This document shows, piece by piece, positions 58,791-64,000 of a stretch of DNA of 64,000 bases (its first letter is position 1; each line of letters begins with the position of its first letter). Under the pieces are notes generated by a model that worked only from the letters and a program-made list of their open reading frames with translations, searched no databases and was not told where the DNA came from. Origin of the DNA: Carpediemonas membranifera BICM. Taxonomy: Eukaryota; Protista; Fornicata. A program made the translations under genes and the position numbers. The stretch spans positions 459,200 to 523,199 of the forward strand of contig JAHDYR010000005.1 of NCBI GenBank assembly GCA_019828565.1, written 5' to 3'.

Positions 58791-61700
58791 GCATATCATC
58801 GATATGTAAGCTATCACGCCTCGGGCGTGGCTCACGCCCTGACACTGCTGGGTCAGGGTGTGTCAGAACAGGATTCCGGGGACACGAGAAAGATGGCCAA
58901 AATATTTAGAAAATCTCGAAAGATATGATTGTGGATACGGTCTTGATCCGTCCCGATCGCGAGCAGATCGTATCCCTCCAGCAGAAACCGTGAGGATGGC
59001 CGAAGGCGACACGGATAACGCTGATCCGCCGCCTGTCACCATGGAGAGCCTTGCTGAGCTCATACAACAGCAGCAGAACGTCATTACGGCACTCCGTTCG
59101 GAGGTTTCATCGGTTAAGGACAGTACACGGGACCCGAGACGCCCGTCTCGGATAGGAGCCGTTGCTAAGGAGTACGACCACCTCCGCGAGACACTTGCCG
59201 ACATCAGAGGTATCCTCAACAACCCGGAGATGACGCGCGTCAACCAGATCGAAGCCGCGATCGAGGCGGTCTTCGAGCGCAGACTCGAGTTCCTACGGCT
59301 ATATGACAGCCACTCCGACACCGCTGCGCGCTACTTCATGGCTATTTCGAGAGAAGAACGAGACGCGCAACGCTTCGTAGTGCTGGCCGCCAAGGCGGCC
59401 AAGGCCACCCACCGCCTCCTCGACCCAAGCGGTTCCAGAGAGGCTTCGGCGGCTTCAGCCGCAACTCTCCCCGCTTCAACAACAACAACCGTCGTGCCCC
59501 GGCAACCGACCTCGGACCGGGGCGGGCCCAGTAGAGGCCAGAGAAGGGTTAAGCCTGAACCCGATGACTATAAAAGGCTCGATATACTTCGAAGAGTTTG
59601 TTTGCAATGGAAAGAGAAGAAGCACAAGAAGATCAGCAAGACACCTCCACCCAGTGTATACAGGGGCTGACGGGCTCGATGAGCCGTCGGTGGATGAGGT
59701 GGGAGGCCCTCGGGGCCAGCAGGGAGGTGGTGCAACTGTTACGAGAGGGAGTGAAGGTCACCCCGGCAGCACCGGCGCTCAATGCGCACCTCCAGAAGGA
59801 GACAGACACGATGAAGGCTCTACTAGAGGAGCTACTGCAACAGAAAGCAATAGAGAAGGGCGAGGCGACGACAATATGCCCCCTGTTTACATTAGAGAAG
59901 AAGATCGCAGGCAGCTACCGTCTGATACACGACCTGAGACCGGTCAATGCATACCAAGAGGACCTAACATTCAGGCTGAAGGGCCTAGCAGAGATACAGC
60001 ATGGCGTTCCGAGAAACTCGTGGGGAATAACATTGGACATGAAGTCCGGGTACTACCAGCTCCTAGTGGAGGAGAACTCACGACAGGAACTCGGATTCTC
60101 GTTCGAGGGAGAACAATACAGATGGAGAGGACTCCCTTTCGGCCTCTCAACGGCGCCACGGCAGTTTCAGTCGGTTACGTCACAGATGGCGAAGATCTTG
60201 CGCTCACTTCTCGAAGGACTGATAATATACGTGTATCTGGACGATCTGCTCATAATCAGTCGCTCGAGAGAGTCGTTGAGCGCCCAGGTCCCACGGATCT
60301 TAGAGATCTTGGACTCACTTGGAGTCGTCCTATCGAGAGAGAAGTGCCACTTGACCCCGTCCCAGAGGGTAACTTACTTGGGCGTGATAGTCGACTTGCG
60401 CGAGATGACGATGTCGCTGCCAGAGGAGAAGAGGGCTCAGTACAGCAGTCTCATAGCCAACCTGCAACTCAAGAGACACACAAAGCGGGACCTTCAGACC
60501 CTTCACGGAAAGCTACTCTTCTGCCGGTTCGCACTAGGGACGCGGGCACTTGTCCGGCTCAGAGAGCTGCAGGTCAGGATCGCTGGCTGCGACGACCGAG
60601 TGCGGTACCCAAAGTCCAGCCTGCCCCAGGACCTACGAACGGACCTGCGGTGGTGGGCCAGACAGCTATCATCCGATCCGGCATGGTACTTCGGCCCAAG
60701 AGGCCAGGTACTTCGTATGGAGACCGACGCGTCGGACTATGCGTTCGGCGCGACGCTGTTTGTCGAAGACACGTCCCTCAACATCCAGGGCAGGTTCTCA
60801 GAGGCACAATGCTCCAAGAGCATCAACGCGAAGGAGCTATGGGCAATGGAGGAAGGCCTGCGGAGATGGACGAGCGACATTCAGGAGAGGACCTACTCCT
60901 AGCCGGGGACAACACATCAGCGCTTTCATGGGTCCTGAAGTCAAGCACCAGAGCTCCCCGACACATCAGAAGGACGATTGTGGAGCTTCACGACTACTTG
61001 TTCGAGATTGGCTGCAGGATAAGAACCAAGCACATTCCAGGGAGATACAACACGACTGCCGACGGGCTGTCCAGGTACCGGAAGCTGGACTGGAACTCAC
61101 CCGCGGCGATGCTCCAGAGCGCGCTGGAACGATGGGGGTCAGTAGACCGATCACTCTTCTGCGCGGAGAGATTCCTGCCGGAGGACCACGACTTCCAGAC
61201 GGACGCATTTACATGCAATTGGTCAGAGATGAGGTCATTGGCGGTCCCACCAGTCAGCCTACTGGACAAGGTCATCGCCAGGGCGGAGGAGATCGCCACG
61301 TCAGACGAGACGCACCCCGCACTGCAGCAGAGAGGCCTATTAGTCATCGCACCACAACGCAGGACGAACTCCAACGCCAGACTGGCAGCCATAGCACAGG
61401 ACTGGTTCGAGGCAGCGTTCCCGACCAGCTGGTGGGCCCACACGGAGATAGGGAGCCTCTTCACAGGCAAGCAGAGAGCGACGTTCATAGCCTACTGGAT
61501 CCCGATCGCCACAGAGACCTCGTCCTCACAGCCGGGGGAGTCCTGCAACAGAGAGCGAGAGAACGTATCGCCAGCGGAAGACAGGAGGAGCACAGGTGGC
61601 GAAGAAGCCCCAGAGAGTTCGAGACAGGCCTCAGAGATCAGATACTCGGAGCAGCACTCATCAGGGACCGGGAACGGAGCACCCGAGAGCGCATAGCCGT

Positions 61701-62922
61701 GGAGACGGCAAAGTACATCAGTTTTGCAGAACGTATGATGGAGGAAGAGGAGGAAGCTGGAGAGAACAGAGACACGGTAGGAGCAAGGGCAGAAACAGCC
61801 GTTTTCCTGGGCGAGATGGCACAACGCATTAGGGACGCAGACTGGAGAGCAGAAGTCGAAGAGATCGCACAGATGGCGCCTGATGACGACTACCTCCTAC
61901 ACTACATGATACAAGAGATCCCTTTCATTGCCAAGGACACATTCCTCGTCAAGGAAGCAAATATCAGGACTGGCCTAGAGTCGATCAACCATGGTCTGGA
62001 GAGCTCACCCATCCACAGGGCTCTTATACGCGCGTGTGCAAGAATGGCCGGCAAATGCGAGCTCACTGTGGGTCGTAAGACTGGAAAGGCATACCCGGTG
62101 ACAGTCGAGCAGCTGAAGAGAGCAGCAGCCGCGGCGCGCAAGACCAAGTCACCGGCGCTCACGCAGGCAGTAGCCTTCGGACTGACGTGCTTCTCCACCG
62201 TCAGCAGATCAGGGGAGATAATGAGCTTACTCACGACCGACGTTCGGCGGGTGAGAGAGGGCTACGAGATCACTATTCGAAGATCCAAGACCAGGGATGA
62301 GCCCATGGTGAAGCTGGTCCCACTACTAGCAGCAGGAGGCTTAAGCCCAGCCAAGTGGCTGAGAGCACACCTCAACGACATTCAGACGGAAGGACCCCTG
62401 TGGAGATCCATACAGCACACCGAGAGCCTGCTGAGAGACAACTGCCTTCCACTGACAGCAACAAGGTGGCGCAGATGGGAGATGATCATGGACGTCAACG
62501 AGGTCTTCAAGGCAACAGGACACAGCTTCAGACGTGGAGCCGTCGTTCACATGATCGATGAAGGGCGTTCCCCATTGGTTATTCAGGCACTAGGAGGCTG
62601 GAAGTCGATCGATTCGGTGAATAGATACTGTGAAGAGGCCATTCGAATCTCACAGCATGCTCTGCAGAGAAGAACATAGAATATAGGACATAAGAGAGCA
62701 TTGTAGCGATAAAGGGAGATGAAACGGAACGAGGGGAAAAGAATCAGGCAAGAGTTAGAGAAATGGATGTTTCTCGGATTCGGAACAGGAATTACATATG
62801 CCACGTATAACCGGCACAGAAGGTCATAAGTGCAGTAGAGGAAGGCTCAGGGGTACCATCGCAAGGTTAGATGGCGGGATGCATCAATTTGGAATAGTCG
62901 ATTATCGTCGACCAAATGGTCG
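58791..62922 (+). mobile_element. YR retrotransposon F4 copy 2; a 1-bp deletion near 60890 breaks both RT and YR frames
   Basis: Near-identical to copy 1. GAGAGGAC versus GAGAGGGAC. Confidence 0.95.
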
Positions 62923-63298
62923 GCATATCATCGATATGTAAGCTATCACGCCTCGGGCGTGGCTCACGCCCTGACACTGCTGGGTCAGGGTGTGTCAGAA
63001 CAGGATTCCGGGGACACGAGAAAGATGGCCAAAATATTTAGAAAATCTCGAAAGATATGATTGTGGATACGGTCTTGATCCGTCCCGATCGCGAGCAGAT
63101 CGTATCCCTCCAGCAGAAACCGTGAGGATGGCCGAAGGCGACACGGATAACGCTGATCCGCCGCCTGTCACCATGGAGAGCCTTGCTGAGCTCATACAAC
63201 AGCAGCAGAACGTCATTACGGCACTCCGTTCGGAGGTTTCATCGGTTAAGGACAGTACACGGGACCCGAGACGCCCGTCTCGTTACGTAGGAGCCGTG
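62923..63298 (+). mobile_element. Start of a third F4 unit, truncated within gag
   Basis: Identity to the F4 left end up to ~63282, a short further match (TAGGAGCCGT) to ~63298, then lost. Confidence 0.85.
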
Positions 63299-64000
63299 CC
63301 CGCGAGCAAGGGTTAGCCCAAGCAGTACACACCCGATGTTTAACCATCCGCCTCGGCCGAGCGAGTGAGTCCACCCGCAAGTACGAGAGACATCCCCAGC
63401 CGCCTGAGCAATGTCCAGCTACCGTCAATTGACAGCATCATGTAGTGATGCGACACACGATCGAGTGGCCAATGAGTCGTCGCTCATCTCGAAGCGGACA
63501 GTTCTAGTGCCGAATAGCCGTCACAGCAGTCAAGCCTTCGCAATGTCAGCCAGGCTTGTGACATAAGCTGTGCCGACAGTCATCTACTAGTGCAAGAAGC
63601 ACTTCATAGTATCCTGAGTCAAGCGTACTCAGCCTAACACCCAACCTGTACCGGAAGGTAGGTTACCCATGTTCAGTCAGCACCGGTGCGCTTTAACGTT
63701 ACATGTACATTTATAACTCGTCGAAACTACGTTCGTAGTTCATCCAATCGGTCTCACCAGGAGGTTAATCCTCGGTGGAGACGGCCAGTGAGCTGTGTCG
63801 AACAACGGAGCATCTTGCATGCTCTGAGTAGGCGCAGAGGCCAGGTAGGTTTTGTATAGCACATGAGTGTCTACAAGCCTTTGAGCTGTCGTTCGACATC
63901 TCTATTTTGCACCGCCTTGGCAGTTAGCCAGTATAGGGGTGTCGCTTACTTACATAGGGATCCCAACAACTTGATATATATCGCGATCCAGACCAGTAGG

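Overview
Eukaryotic window: GC-rich, gene-dense, no introns evident. This resembles a metamonad such as Carpediemonas, which is an inference only. A ~30 kb island of host genes (10.1-40.5 kb) encodes a BEACH/WD40 protein, a histidine acid phosphatase, an ankyrin-FYVE protein, two RCC1-like paralogues, DDB1, and ataxin-10-, NFRKB- and Furry/Tao3-like proteins. It is flanked on both sides by stacks of tyrosine-recombinase (YR) retrotransposons of the DIRS order. These are PAT-like: gag, RT-RNaseH-methyltransferase-like ORF, overlapping YR ORF, and split direct repeats A1...B1-A2-B2. At least six distinct lineages are present (my labels F1a, F1b, F2-F5), all on the + strand. In the right stack (42.1-63.3 kb) each element starts within 0-2 bp of the previous element's B arm or tRNA, giving a mixed-family, cassette-like array. 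The two F1 elements have an intact antisense tRNA gene (Lys-CTT, Ser-AGA) where the other families have the B1 arm, and the next terminal repeat starts 2-6 bp from the tRNA 5' end. Other features: a conserved RRSAR(L) peptide in the overlapping YR frame, a covarying hairpin before the gag stop, solo A-B remnants, an element carrying a chromo-integrase fragment, and a truncated chromovirus-type LTR element.
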